Below, piece after piece: positions 19,742 to 30,312 of a stretch of DNA of 64,000 nt (the stretch's first letter is position 1; each line of letters starts with the position of its first letter). Location of the stretch: positions 310,001-374,000 of IMG/VR virus record IMGVR_UViG_3300023174_000033; one strand, 5' to 3'. The position numbers and the translations under genes were made by a program. Below the pieces are notes generated by a model. The model was not told where the DNA came from and made no database searches. It saw only the letters and a list, made by a program, of their open reading frames with translations.

Positions 19742-20271
19742 TTCATTAGATCATAAATCCATTCGGCTTCAAACTCTGGATCAGTAATTGATAAATCATA
19801 CTTCCTAAAATTTTTAAAATCTTCGGAGTCTGCTTTGATTCTTCTTTCTATGGAATCATTGTTATCATTTCTTTCCAACAATCTATTTTGCCTTGTATCT
19901 TTGTCAATATTTAAAAAAACAACAAAACAAGATTTTAATTCATCCTCTGATAATTGTTCTATTTCATTTGGTGTCATTATGAATAATTGATTATTTTCCC
20001 AATTCTCAGTTGTTAGCCCGTAATACCAATTTACACCATTTATTACAAAACTTTGGCAAGTTTTCACTTTCTTATTTTCGTGTAATTGCACATAAAGATT
20101 ATGATCTATAAAATCGTAATCCTCTCCGACTTTTTCATTTATTCTTTGAGGTCGTGTTGTGAATTTGGGTGAATATTTCAAACCCAACTTTATCAATTCC
20201 CTCCTTAAAAAATCTTTACCAGATCCAGACGGTCCGGTAATAATCATTTTTTCTTGTTTAACATTATACAT
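19738..20271 (-). CDS. gmk: Guanylate kinase
   Basis: GPSGSGKD P-loop, TTRPQR..E..G.DYDF and WYYG. Confidence 0.85.
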   Translation of the reverse strand: MYNVKQEKMIITGPSGSGKDFLRRELIKLGLKYSPKFTTRPQRINEKVGEDYDFIDHNLYVQLHENKKVKTCQSFVINGVNWYYGLTTENWENNQLFIMTPNEIEQLSEDELKSCFVVFLNIDKDTRQNRLLERNDNNDSIERRIKADSEDFKNFRKYDLSITDPEFEAEWIYDLMN

Positions 20272-20304
20272 AGCAAATGTTATAATAAGAAAATAAATAT
20301 AAGT

Positions 20305-20862
20305 TTATTGTTTAACTCTTGTAACTTTGTTAAATTCATCCTTACTGAACTTATCAAAATCCATTATTTTACCATGTCCCTTTGAAGTACTTTGATTGTT
20401 GGTATAATCTTGCTTCATTGAAAATATATTTTTCAATCCACCGAGTAATTTCCCCTTTCTTCTTTTTGAAACTCCCTTTCTATTATCCGCATTGGCGGAT
20501 AATTTCTGAAATACTTTTTTCTTACCACCTGGGTTATATGGAACACTTACATCTCCTGAACCTACTTGTCCACCACTAGCAGAATATCCTGGTTCAACTG
20601 TCGTTCCAGCAAACATTGATGGTTGTGGTGAAACCACATTTCCCATTCCACTAATTGATGCATTAGCATAAGCCACTCCAGAAGCACCAACACCACCTGT
20701 GACAGCACCAGATGGACTACCTGTGCCTGATGTGTCTTCGGATAAATATTCCAATTCTTTTTCAAAAATTAATTTTTCAATTAATTCCACATCTTGTTTT
20801 TGTGTGATGAGTTCTTCCTTTATTGAATAAAGTGTTTTTAAATCAAGGTTTTTAAGTTTCAT
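20305..20862 (-). CDS. Hypothetical protein with a Gly/Ser-rich central region
   Basis: 185 aa ORF, TAATATATA upstream. Confidence 0.55.
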   Translation of the reverse strand: MKLKNLDLKTLYSIKEELITQKQDVELIEKLIFEKELEYLSEDTSGTGSPSGAVTGGVGASGVAYANASISGMGNVVSPQPSMFAGTTVEPGYSASGGQVGSGDVSVPYNPGGKKKVFQKLSANADNRKGVSKRRKGKLLGGLKNIFSMKQDYTNNQSTSKGHGKIMDFDKFSKDEFNKVTRVKQ

Positions 20863-20899
20863 AAATTATATATTAAAATTGAGGGTGAATTAATAGTCT

Positions 20900-21499
20900 T
20901 TGAATATATATTCCGTGGAAAAATTAAGAAAATTAGAAATTATTAAGTTACTCAAAGAATTGGAGTATATAGAATCTGATCTTAATTTGAAAATTGAAAC
21001 CATCAAGGAAATAGATGAAAAATTCAACATTGAAATTGAAACCTTTATAAACGATCATCCGAAATTAAAACACTTACTTGATGAGAAGAAAGAGTATGAA
21101 TCAAAAAATAAAGATGAGATAGTAGAAAATGTAGAATTATCAGATGATAGTGAAACTATAACCGAAGTTAAAAATCAAAAGGTAAAGAAACTTTATAGAA
21201 ATATAGCCAAATTAATACATCCTGATAAGATAGGGGATCAAAATCTAAAAGATATTTTTATTCAAGCAAAAAAAGCATATGATGAGAATAGCTTATTACC
21301 TATAATCTCATTGTGTGATAGATTGAATGTTCCATATGATTTAGATGAAGAAGAGGTGAAATTATTGATGGGACAAATTGAAAATTATAAAAAAAGATTG
21401 AAATTTTTAGAAAGTACTTATACTTGGCAGTGGTTTGTTAAACCGGAAAAAAAGGAAGAAATATTTTTATCCTTTATTAAGTCACAATTGACTAAATAA
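20900..21499 (+). CDS. J-domain (DnaJ-type) co-chaperone
   Basis: KKLYRNIAKLIHPDKI...F..AKKAY with the HPD motif. True start may be GTG 20915. Confidence 0.75.
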   Translation: MNIYSVEKLRKLEIIKLLKELEYIESDLNLKIETIKEIDEKFNIEIETFINDHPKLKHLLDEKKEYESKNKDEIVENVELSDDSETITEVKNQKVKKLYRNIAKLIHPDKIGDQNLKDIFIQAKKAYDENSLLPIISLCDRLNVPYDLDEEEVKLLMGQIENYKKRLKFLESTYTWQWFVKPEKKEEIFLSFIKSQLTK

Positions 21500-22130
21500 T
21501 ATTGATATTTAATTTCCTATCATTGAGAAATTTCTCAAATTCGTCTTTCCTAAAATACTTTTTGAAAATATCATTTTCTTTATCTGGATTTTGCAATATC
21601 CACTCATTATTATTACTTGTATTGTAAATGAATTTATCACCGTTGTCATCTATTTCTATAACTTTAGATGATAGTTTGTCGTAAAAGTTCTTTATATTAC
21701 CTGTAATTTTAAATAATCTGCTGTCACTCCACTTACCAATCAAGTCATTCCAAGATTGGAATATCATAAATTCTGGATTTTCTAATTCATTTGCTTCCAT
21801 TCTGTAAATAAGAGTGAATCTACAAGGTTTGCTCAAGAAAGTTTCAAAATCTTCTGTATTAACTACACTGGTGTTTTTTAATCCAATACTTGATAGAGAA
21901 TTCACAAATTCAGCATTAGTTGATAGTAAATCTAAATTCAATTTATCAGCAAACTCATCTTTAGGTAAGTGAAAAGTCTTGTAAATATCCATTTCCTCTG
22001 CTCCAATTGACTTTAATATGTTATCGTATAGCAATCCAAGAGACTCATTCAAATCTATTTGAATAAGAGCAACATCAATTTTTAAAGACTCTTGAAATTT
22101 TTTAAAGGATTTAATGTAATCCATGGTCAA
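21492..22130 (-). CDS. Hypothetical protein
   Basis: N-terminus MDYIKSFKKFQES. Confidence 0.6.
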   Translation of the reverse strand: MTMDYIKSFKKFQESLKIDVALIQIDLNESLGLLYDNILKSIGAEEMDIYKTFHLPKDEFADKLNLDLLSTNAEFVNSLSSIGLKNTSVVNTEDFETFLSKPCRFTLIYRMEANELENPEFMIFQSWNDLIGKWSDSRLFKITGNIKNFYDKLSSKVIEIDDNGDKFIYNTSNNNEWILQNPDKENDIFKKYFRKDEFEKFLNDRKLNINII

Positions 22131-22182
22131 AATGATAATATCTGAATTTGAATATATATATAAAATCTGAATAATATCAATA

Positions 22183-23610
22183 ATGAAATGGATAAAAGGT
22201 TGGGAGTTATTTGTTGAGAAAAAAGATGAATTCGGTCTACAAGTTCAAAAAGAAGTAGAATCAAAATCGTTCTATAAGCCAACTAATCTTATAACTGAAA
22301 TTTGTGTTTCAATGTGTTTATTGAATAATGAATTTTTGGATAATGTTCTTGATAGAGGGCAGAAAGCACGATACACTGAAAATTCAAGTGTGTTTCTTAC
22401 CGATTTGAAGAATTTACTATTGGCTAAAAATAGATTGGAATTGGGTAAATTTGAAGGTAATGTTTGTGTGACAGATAATGATATCTCAAAGATAAATGGT
22501 TTTTTTGATGAAGTTAATTTTGAAATTGAAAAAGATTGGAATAAATTAATTGACTCAAGAATTATTTCTAGAAACATAATTGATAAATGTCTTCCAGATG
22601 AAAAACTATCCGAGAATTTAATAAAAACTATTTATTGGATTGGCCCTAATAAAAGTAAGGAAAATTCTGAAGATATAGTAATTGAACTACACTCTGGTAA
22701 TCAAATGAGCTTTTATTTGACAAAGGGATTGAGTGTACAAAGAAGTGCTTCCTTCAACACTTTTGCTGATGACTTAATTGGTAGTGAGATTGAGCAAATT
22801 CATAACGAAGAATACAAAAAGAAGTGGGATAAGTTATGTCAAGTTTGGTGTAAAACTATCTATGAGGGAGCAAAAAAGAATTTCCAAGTTCACATTGAGA
22901 AGTTTATTGAACCTGAAAGGATTGATACAATCTCTTATTTTGAGTATTTTGATTTGAAACATAAAGATATGAGGTTTAAAAATCTCGGTGAACATATTGA
23001 AGAATTTGACGAAAACATTCTTTATTTTTCTGACTTAATGTCACAGATATGGAAACATAGAGATACTTGTCTTACAGACCCTCAAAGAGTTTATAACGAT
23101 TGGATGGAAGCTAAAGTTTTTATTTTGAATTCTAAAATACTTGAGCATCTTTTCACGGAGTCATTGATGAAAAATAATATGGAGGATGTTAAGAAGTTAG
23201 ATGATGGGTACAAATTAGCTAACGGAACTATTAAAATGAAGTTTATAAAAACAATCGTTGAAAAACTCGGTTGTACTGAAAGGGCAGTTTACTATTTAGG
23301 AAATAAAGGCAACACATTCCACAAATTACCCCCAAGAAAATTTTTCAGAGATAATTATGATAATTTAAATGTTAAATTTGATTATCATGTTAAATTGATG
23401 GTGAATCAAGAAGACGAGGAGAAAAATGATTTCATAATAAAAGTCATTTTGGAAATGAATAATAGTGAATTATTGAAATGTGATATTAATATTAAATTCA
23501 CCGGTGGTGAAATGTCAAGTAAATTATCCGCTAAATATAAATTCACCCCATCTGACCAATTTAATTCTTTAATATCAGATAAATTTGTCGGTGAAGAAGA
23601 TGAAGATTAA
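22183..23610 (+). CDS. Hypothetical protein
   Basis: 475 aa, N-terminus MKWIKGWELFVE. Confidence 0.6.
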   Translation: MKWIKGWELFVEKKDEFGLQVQKEVESKSFYKPTNLITEICVSMCLLNNEFLDNVLDRGQKARYTENSSVFLTDLKNLLLAKNRLELGKFEGNVCVTDNDISKINGFFDEVNFEIEKDWNKLIDSRIISRNIIDKCLPDEKLSENLIKTIYWIGPNKSKENSEDIVIELHSGNQMSFYLTKGLSVQRSASFNTFADDLIGSEIEQIHNEEYKKKWDKLCQVWCKTIYEGAKKNFQVHIEKFIEPERIDTISYFEYFDLKHKDMRFKNLGEHIEEFDENILYFSDLMSQIWKHRDTCLTDPQRVYNDWMEAKVFILNSKILEHLFTESLMKNNMEDVKKLDDGYKLANGTIKMKFIKTIVEKLGCTERAVYYLGNKGNTFHKLPPRKFFRDNYDNLNVKFDYHVKLMVNQEDEEKNDFIIKVILEMNNSELLKCDINIKFTGGEMSSKLSAKYKFTPSDQFNSLISDKFVGEEDED

Positions 23611-23911
23611 GAAATTTTTTGAAATGTTCAAAAGTTATGATTATGAAAAGATCATAAACATATTAAATAAATCACATGGATGGGGGTTAGGTATATCAAA
23701 TAATATAGGTGATTTTGAAAATAATGAAGAGTATTTCAAAGAACCAGTTGACGATAATGATTATTCAGAACAATTTCATATTTACTTAACCGACTTACAA
23801 TCAGGTAGATTAAGGGGTGAAATGAATAGAAATTTTTCACTCAAAACAGGTAAATGGCGGTTAGGAATACCAGTTTTTTCACCCACCAGTATATACAATA
23901 AATTGACCTAA
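23600..23911 (+). CDS. Hypothetical protein
   Basis: ATG at 23600 (MKIKKFFEMF), overlapping the upstream stop. Confidence 0.55.
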   Translation: MKIKKFFEMFKSYDYEKIINILNKSHGWGLGISNNIGDFENNEEYFKEPVDDNDYSEQFHIYLTDLQSGRLRGEMNRNFSLKTGKWRLGIPVFSPTSIYNKLT

Positions 23912-23950
23912 ATTTTCTGAATAGAGCTCATGAGGTCGGATATATAATTC

Positions 23951-26900
23951 ATGGGATTCGCTTTTTCAATACCTCCATATCCTGATTTTTTCAGCACAAC
24001 ACCAAACAAGATGCCGATTCTATTCGTGCCAAATATCAAATTTATAAAAAAATTTATAAATGGAGATTTGGGAATAGCCAAGAAATTAAAATCAACGGCA
24101 TACATGACCATCCTACAATCAATACCTAGTGTTGTTGCGGATATTAAGCCAAAGAGTTTTGATGGTGAGAAAGACGCTTTGAAAGTGTTCACCAAATCAC
24201 AGAAGGATGTGTTAGATATGTTTTTGAAAATTAGCAAAGCAAACATAGGTGAAAACATTGATCAAAATTTTGTAGATGGGGTGTTTAAACCACCTAGTTC
24301 AATTGGATTCAATGGTATACCAGGGGACCTTGGTGGGTTTGAGTCACTTGAGAGAGCAATGATTCAATCAATTTTTGAGACAAAAAAACCTTACTTTGAA
24401 ATTGCAAAAATTGTAATTGACCACTTTGTTGATATTGAAGATATTATCGCAGTGATACTTGGTGTAATTATGAGTTCAAAAAAACCAAGGGGGAATCCAA
24501 GAGCATTGGGATATCAAGGAACACAAGATGGTGGGGGAGCAGGTGCCGGCATGAATAATCTTGGACAATTTGCTAAAAAAAGGGGTCCGAAAAACAAATT
24601 ATCGGATAATGCAATTACTGCCGATAACATACCAACAGCTCCTTTACCAACATCTCAACCAAATTACCCAGGTGTATATTCCACATTTACACAATCAGTA
24701 GTTTACTCCACTGGTGATTTCAGATCTGATTATCAATACACTTATATTTATAATGACATTATTGAAGATGAGTTTGAATTGAAGCCAGGTACAGTTTCAA
24801 CTGCAATAGATGAGGATTCTGACGATGATAAGGATGAAACAATAATTCTCGGCGTTTATGATAGTGAGTGGCTACCTGTCAGTGCACAGGAAATCAACGA
24901 TGTTATTCCTTGGGTAAAGGCAAAATACATTCTTGGAAATGAGTGGCCTTTGATTAAATCTGGGCAAGATTATGATTATGTTTACGAGGGATTTGTAAAT
25001 GTACCTAACATTGGGTCATATAAACTACAAGAGTACACCGGTACTGATGGTAGACCATCGGAATACAACTATGGAGTTGGTGTTGTGCCAATTGACTGGA
25101 GAATTAAAAGGTATAAAGAAGAAGGTCCATCAGTAGTTGTCAATATTCCAGACCAAGATTCACAAGTAAAATATTATAAAGATGGGTTTCCAGTAATAGC
25201 TTATAATAATAGTAAACTAAATACCACTTTTGAGTTTTTCAAGAATTATTATTTGGAATACGCAGACCAAAAAATCACAAGTGGTATTGGTCAGAACGCT
25301 GGAACAATTGAGGATGATGATGGTCAACAAGTTGACATAAGAGAATATTCACGAAAAAGATTCAATGAGATGTTTAGTGATTTCTCAAATGGTGGTATGT
25401 TATCAACTGATTTTGAAGGATTACTTGAAAATAATTTCTTATATCTTTCAAAAGATAATACTGATGGATTACAAAATAAAGATAAATTTGGTAGACTTAC
25501 TTTCCCATTGAAGCCAGTTAAAATAAATGGTGTTTGGTACAGTCCAGAAAAAGACTATGATATGAAAATATTAAAAGTTGATTCTACAACCAATATCACT
25601 TATGCCGAAAACGTTGATAATCCAGAAAAGACCGCTGTAATTAAAAGATTTATAAGAAAAGCTTTAGAAATTTCCACACCAGAAGGTCAAAGTTTTGGAT
25701 ACTTCATTAAAAAGGATAACAATGAAACTCTGGTAGTCACAGACCAAACAACACTCAAAGTGGATTGGTTGTTAGGTGAGCCTCCACAGAAGTTTAAAGT
25801 GATAGAGTTAGAGGATTTTGCTGAAAGTTCTAACACATTCACTGTGGCGGAAAATTCAGAATTTCCTGTTGAAGTTATTGATACCAAAATACCCCAAGAA
25901 TTTCTTGATGGGACCACCCTATCACCAATATCCACCGATACCGAAGCTAAAGATAAATGGTATTTTGCACCATTTAACGATTCTTATAAATTATCAAAAG
26001 ACGAGTTTAGGAGAGAACTCAGTCAATCTGTTGGATTTAAACCAAACTCCGGAACTTGGTCTTATGATGTAAAATATAATTCAGCAGAACTCACAACTGC
26101 CCAGATATTGGTGACTAGTACGGATATACCAGATAACATAAAAAATTTAACGGGTGGTGAAGTAAAGTTATTACAGTTTAAATTTTTTGACAAAATTGGT
26201 TTCATGATAGGTGATAATAGTGTTGATTCAAAAGGATTCGCGAGAAATAAATTCACCTTTTTCTGCTTGTATAAAGGAAAGCCATTTGTAAATATAATAC
26301 CGAGTGAGAATCAAATTAATATCATATCTTATGATATTAATGATAATCTAGCTACCATTCTTTCAAGTCAGACTCCTCCAAATTTGATTAGGGTTGAAGA
26401 TACAAGCACAGGAACTGCCAAAGCAAGAATCATATCAAAGGTTAATGTAACAAATCCACAGCTACAAACGAATAAACCAATTGGTAAGACACCATATGGT
26501 TCTCCAAATCCGAATCCGGAACCTAAAGAAGCTACTAGACAGAGTGTAGAACAAGTTTTCAGATATCAAAGAACAATTGATGATACTAAAACTTACTATG
26601 TTATAGAAGCTATTTTGAAATCAAAGAATCTTAATGCATTATTATCCGAAGCAGAGAATGAGGAAAATGTAAAAGGAGGTGGTGTGAGGGGAAGTCGTAG
26701 AGGTGGAGGTGGATCATATGGCAAATTTGATATATTCAAAGTTGTTACAAAATTTATAAAACTAGTCATCAAGATTTTTGCAAAATTATTTCCAGCTATC
26801 CAACAATTAATTACTCTAATAACAAATCCAATTAAATTTATAACTGATATTATAATAGCTAAATTAGGAGATGATTTCGGAGCAGAAGCTCCAAAGTTTG

Positions 26901-28444
26901 GATTTTATTCCAAAGAGTTTCTTGCCCAATTGAAAGAATTAACAGATTACCTAGACCAAATCAGACAAGTTAAAGACCAACCAAAAGATGTTAGAGATGA
27001 GGCTTTTGATAGAATGGAAGCTTTTTGGAAAACATCATTACTTGAAAAGTATGTATACATCCCCAAAGGATTTCCGAATGTGCCACCCTCATTTGTTTTT
27101 GATGGAGCTGCAGTTTTAAAATTATTTGGAAGTGCTCCTATATTACAAGGACTACCGAGTTTAACTTTTGGAATTGAAAGTAACTTGGGTTCACTACTTA
27201 CACCAACTCCAAAAGTCCCATTCAAATTAATTTTTGAATTTAGTGGGTTCAAACAAGGAGGATTCAGTAGTCTTGATAAGGCGAAAAATGATACTGCTGA
27301 CAATTATAATCAACAGATTTTAACTAGTTCAATATTTAATTCCAAATTTGATCCGGCTCTTGCTGTTAAAAATCAAATTGTAACAAATGTTGCCGGTCAA
27401 ACTCATGTGCAAGAAGTATCGGTTGTTTATTCAACTGGTGTTTTCAGACCAGATTATCAATATACTTACACACTAGTAACCGAAGAAGTTTTAGATTTGA
27501 TAGCAAAGGCAACACAACTAGAATCAGCTGGTGATGAAGAATCACTCCGTTTAGCACAACGTTTGTTAGAGGAAGCCAGTAGAAAAGATCCAGACAATGA
27601 GTTTATAAAACAAAAGATTAAGGCAAATCAAAAATATCAGAGATCAATTTCTAGCCATCCACTTTTTGATTTTATATTGAACATTGTGGCTTTACCCTTG
27701 AAAGTAGTCATTGGTATTATAAAATTTATCTTGAATTTCTTTAAAAGTCTAACTAATCCATTCAAATTGCCAAGCGCTATTGTTAACTTCTTGTCATTCA
27801 AATGGATACTAGATTTTTTTAGTCCAATTAGTCCTAATAGTATGTTTGCTATGGCAGGACTGCTAATTGATTTGGAAACACTTTTTACTGTTTGGTTGCC
27901 ATCCATAAGTCTTGGTATAAAATTTGAATTTGACATGAATGATATTGTAAAACTGCCTTGGGCAACTTTACCAACATATACATTACCACAAATGAAAGAT
28001 TTATTATTTGGAATGGGATTGAGTGGACCTAAAAAATTTAAATTTCCATTTTTCGGATTGATAACTATGATACTTTGTTTGATTGAATCAATAATAAATT
28101 CAGTTATTGATTTGATTTGGTCAATATTTGGTTTAATTGATCCAGAGTCTGGTAGATGGATTATTTTGGAACCACCATATTTGAAATTATGTAGAAGCGC
28201 AAATGCAAACAATCAATTCACGGTGAAGGATATGGCGGATATATTTTCTGGAAATTTTGTTCCACCAAAGCCATCGGAAGACGGTGCTAGATCTGGGACA
28301 GCTTCAAATCCAGCAACACCATCTTATAATTTTATTTACGATATAACTACATCAGACGGTAGAAACTTGAAAGAATTAAATCAAACACAGCTTGATCAGT
28401 GGGTGGAAGAAAATAAAGATTTAGATTTCAATTTTAACTTTTAA
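23951..28444 (+). CDS. Large (1497 aa) virion-associated protein with amphipathic/hydrophobic helices
   Basis: Long ORF with an internal duplicated motif and several hydrophobic helical segments. Confidence 0.55.
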   Translation: MGFAFSIPPYPDFFSTTPNKMPILFVPNIKFIKKFINGDLGIAKKLKSTAYMTILQSIPSVVADIKPKSFDGEKDALKVFTKSQKDVLDMFLKISKANIGENIDQNFVDGVFKPPSSIGFNGIPGDLGGFESLERAMIQSIFETKKPYFEIAKIVIDHFVDIEDIIAVILGVIMSSKKPRGNPRALGYQGTQDGGGAGAGMNNLGQFAKKRGPKNKLSDNAITADNIPTAPLPTSQPNYPGVYSTFTQSVVYSTGDFRSDYQYTYIYNDIIEDEFELKPGTVSTAIDEDSDDDKDETIILGVYDSEWLPVSAQEINDVIPWVKAKYILGNEWPLIKSGQDYDYVYEGFVNVPNIGSYKLQEYTGTDGRPSEYNYGVGVVPIDWRIKRYKEEGPSVVVNIPDQDSQVKYYKDGFPVIAYNNSKLNTTFEFFKNYYLEYADQKITSGIGQNAGTIEDDDGQQVDIREYSRKRFNEMFSDFSNGGMLSTDFEGLLENNFLYLSKDNTDGLQNKDKFGRLTFPLKPVKINGVWYSPEKDYDMKILKVDSTTNITYAENVDNPEKTAVIKRFIRKALEISTPEGQSFGYFIKKDNNETLVVTDQTTLKVDWLLGEPPQKFKVIELEDFAESSNTFTVAENSEFPVEVIDTKIPQEFLDGTTLSPISTDTEAKDKWYFAPFNDSYKLSKDEFRRELSQSVGFKPNSGTWSYDVKYNSAELTTAQILVTSTDIPDNIKNLTGGEVKLLQFKFFDKIGFMIGDNSVDSKGFARNKFTFFCLYKGKPFVNIIPSENQINIISYDINDNLATILSSQTPPNLIRVEDTSTGTAKARIISKVNVTNPQLQTNKPIGKTPYGSPNPNPEPKEATRQSVEQVFRYQRTIDDTKTYYVIEAILKSKNLNALLSEAENEENVKGGGVRGSRRGGGGSYGKFDIFKVVTKFIKLVIKIFAKLFPAIQQLITLITNPIKFITDIIIAKLGDDFGAEAPKFGFYSKEFLAQLKELTDYLDQIRQVKDQPKDVRDEAFDRMEAFWKTSLLEKYVYIPKGFPNVPPSFVFDGAAVLKLFGSAPILQGLPSLTFGIESNLGSLLTPTPKVPFKLIFEFSGFKQGGFSSLDKAKNDTADNYNQQILTSSIFNSKFDPALAVKNQIVTNVAGQTHVQEVSVVYSTGVFRPDYQYTYTLVTEEVLDLIAKATQLESAGDEESLRLAQRLLEEASRKDPDNEFIKQKIKANQKYQRSISSHPLFDFILNIVALPLKVVIGIIKFILNFFKSLTNPFKLPSAIVNFLSFKWILDFFSPISPNSMFAMAGLLIDLETLFTVWLPSISLGIKFEFDMNDIVKLPWATLPTYTLPQMKDLLFGMGLSGPKKFKFPFFGLITMILCLIESIINSVIDLIWSIFGLIDPESGRWIILEPPYLKLCRSANANNQFTVKDMADIFSGNFVPPKPSEDGARSGTASNPATPSYNFIYDITTSDGRNLKELNQTQLDQWVEENKDLDFNFNF

Positions 28445-28477
28445 TCTGAAAGAAATATAATCTAAAAATCAAAAGTC

Positions 28478-28723
28478 ATGGGTAAAGTAAGAACAAAAAA
28501 AGAACACAAAAAAAGAGTAGCAAAGAGAAATAATATTCTGAATCAAGAAAGAAAAAGATTTGAGAAGGATCAAAAAAATTTCATACTAAAATTGATTGAA
28601 GAGGAAAAAAATAAAGGTCTCTTTGACAATCAGCCAATTTCACACGAACAATTATTTCCATCAAACGATGTGCCTTCATTAATTCAACCAGAAGTTGGTT
28701 CATTTAATGGTCCTCGGATTTGA
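28478..28723 (+). CDS. Small basic protein
   Basis: K/R-rich N-terminus. Confidence 0.55.
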   Translation: MGKVRTKKEHKKRVAKRNNILNQERKRFEKDQKNFILKLIEEEKNKGLFDNQPISHEQLFPSNDVPSLIQPEVGSFNGPRI

Positions 28724-28858
28724 TATCCTATCTGTTAAAGCCTCATTGATTTTTGAGTGAAAATATTTTTTCACCAAATTAAATCTTTCAGGATCGTCTT
28801 TAACCATAGCTAACATCTTTCCAGCGAAGAGGATATCTTCTTTTTGGGATTTTGTCAT
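28700..28858 (-). CDS. Small hypothetical protein (52 aa, below the ORF-track cutoff)
   Basis: MTKSQKEDILFAGKMLAMVKDDPERF...PRTIK* fills the intergenic gap; TATATA upstream. Confidence 0.45.
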   Translation of the reverse strand: MTKSQKEDILFAGKMLAMVKDDPERFNLVKKYFHSKINEALTDRISNPRTIK

Positions 28859-28897
28859 CTTTTAAAACATTTTTCTTAACCATATATATAAAAAAAT

Positions 28898-29968
28898 ATG
28901 AAAAAAACTTTAAATATAAATATCAACAAAGATGACCAAAATATAAATGATTATCTCATATGTTGGTCTGAATTGGACGAGAGACCAAATAAAATCTCTA
29001 TATTCCATAGTATTGATTCAAAAAAATTTAATGATATTATTGATCCAAAATCAATAAAATATAAAACTATTACTTCAGAAATCTATCCATCTTTTGGAGA
29101 CACTCTGGAAAATAGAAAATGCTTAATAAAATTGGATAATGATGTTTTCATTAGCTATGTGGTATACGACCATCGGTCCGAGGATGGTTTTGTAGGAGAT
29201 ATTATAATTTACTTTCTCTCAAAATCTAAAGACTTCGTTGAAGATATTGTCTTACAAATTGAATCAAGCTTTGATGATGTTATAGATGAAGGTGAAGAAC
29301 ATTCCTTTTTTTGTTTGGGATTGGATAATACAGGTTTTGAAATATTACCAATCAATTATCTAGAAGCTGACTATGAAAATATTGATTTATACTTCAATGA
29401 TCAAGTTTTAAAATCTGCAAAAAAATTAACTAATAGGATAAACGAAAAATCAAAAGGGTTATCCATAATTTATGGGGAAGTAGGAACTGGTAAATCCACA
29501 TTAGCATCCTATATCTCGAAAAATTTGGAAAAGAGAGTAGTATTCATACCATCTACTATGGTTGAGACAACAATTAATTCCTTTGATTTCAGAAGTTTCC
29601 TGTCAAAAAATAAAAATATTGTTTTGATTATAGATGATTGTGAAAGTTTTACAACCGATGTTGTTATCAAAACAAATAATTTTGTAAAAAATTTAGTTCA
29701 GATTGTTGATGGTATTGATTCAGATAATTTTCATTCACAGATACTTCTGATTTTCAATTTATCTGAACAAGATGAAATAGATGAAAATTTTATTGAATGT
29801 AATAATTTATTAGACATTATAAATGTTGGTGAATTGAATCTTGAAAAATCAAAAGAATTGTCAAAACTTCTAAAAAATAGAAAAAAAATAAAAAAAGAAA
29901 CAAAGCTTATTGATATTCTACAAAAGAAAAGAAGATTTGATAAAGAAAAATCATTTGGATTTGAATAA
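28898..29968 (+). CDS. AAA+ ATPase
   Basis: Walker A GEVGTGKS and Walker B LIIDDCE. Confidence 0.8.
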   Translation: MKKTLNININKDDQNINDYLICWSELDERPNKISIFHSIDSKKFNDIIDPKSIKYKTITSEIYPSFGDTLENRKCLIKLDNDVFISYVVYDHRSEDGFVGDIIIYFLSKSKDFVEDIVLQIESSFDDVIDEGEEHSFFCLGLDNTGFEILPINYLEADYENIDLYFNDQVLKSAKKLTNRINEKSKGLSIIYGEVGTGKSTLASYISKNLEKRVVFIPSTMVETTINSFDFRSFLSKNKNIVLIIDDCESFTTDVVIKTNNFVKNLVQIVDGIDSDNFHSQILLIFNLSEQDEIDENFIECNNLLDIINVGELNLEKSKELSKLLKNRKKIKKETKLIDILQKKRRFDKEKSFGFE

Positions 29969-29982
29969 AATTTATTTTTAAT

Positions 29983-30312
29983 GTGAAAACTTATAACGAT
30001 GAAGATTTACTTGATTTTTTGATGACCTCTGAATTTGATGAGGTTTTTAGTCCAGATGATTATAAATTTTTTCTAAAAAAATTTAGAAACTTTTATAGAG
30101 TTGTAGCAAATAGTATTGATTTTCAAAAAGATAGAATGTCACAGGCAATTTCAGAAAAGGAAGAAATGTCTAAAAATTTAAACATCAAAATTGAAGAATT
30201 CAATAATGAAAAGTCAATTTTAATAAATAAAATAAATAATATTCTATCAAGAAAGTTAACACTAAAAGAGAGGTTATTAGGAAAAATTATAGAAAAAAAT
30301 GAAGATAAGTGA
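29983..30312 (+). CDS. Hypothetical coiled-coil protein
   Basis: 109 aa ORF within an operon. Confidence 0.55.
   Translation: MKTYNDEDLLDFLMTSEFDEVFSPDDYKFFLKKFRNFYRVVANSIDFQKDRMSQAISEKEEMSKNLNIKIEEFNNEKSILINKINNILSRKLTLKERLLGKIIEKNEDK

Noticed and set aside
23908-28212. Minus-strand ORFs nested in the 1497-aa gene and similar short nested ORFs elsewhere
   Set aside because: Antisense shadows with no promoter motif or protein signature.
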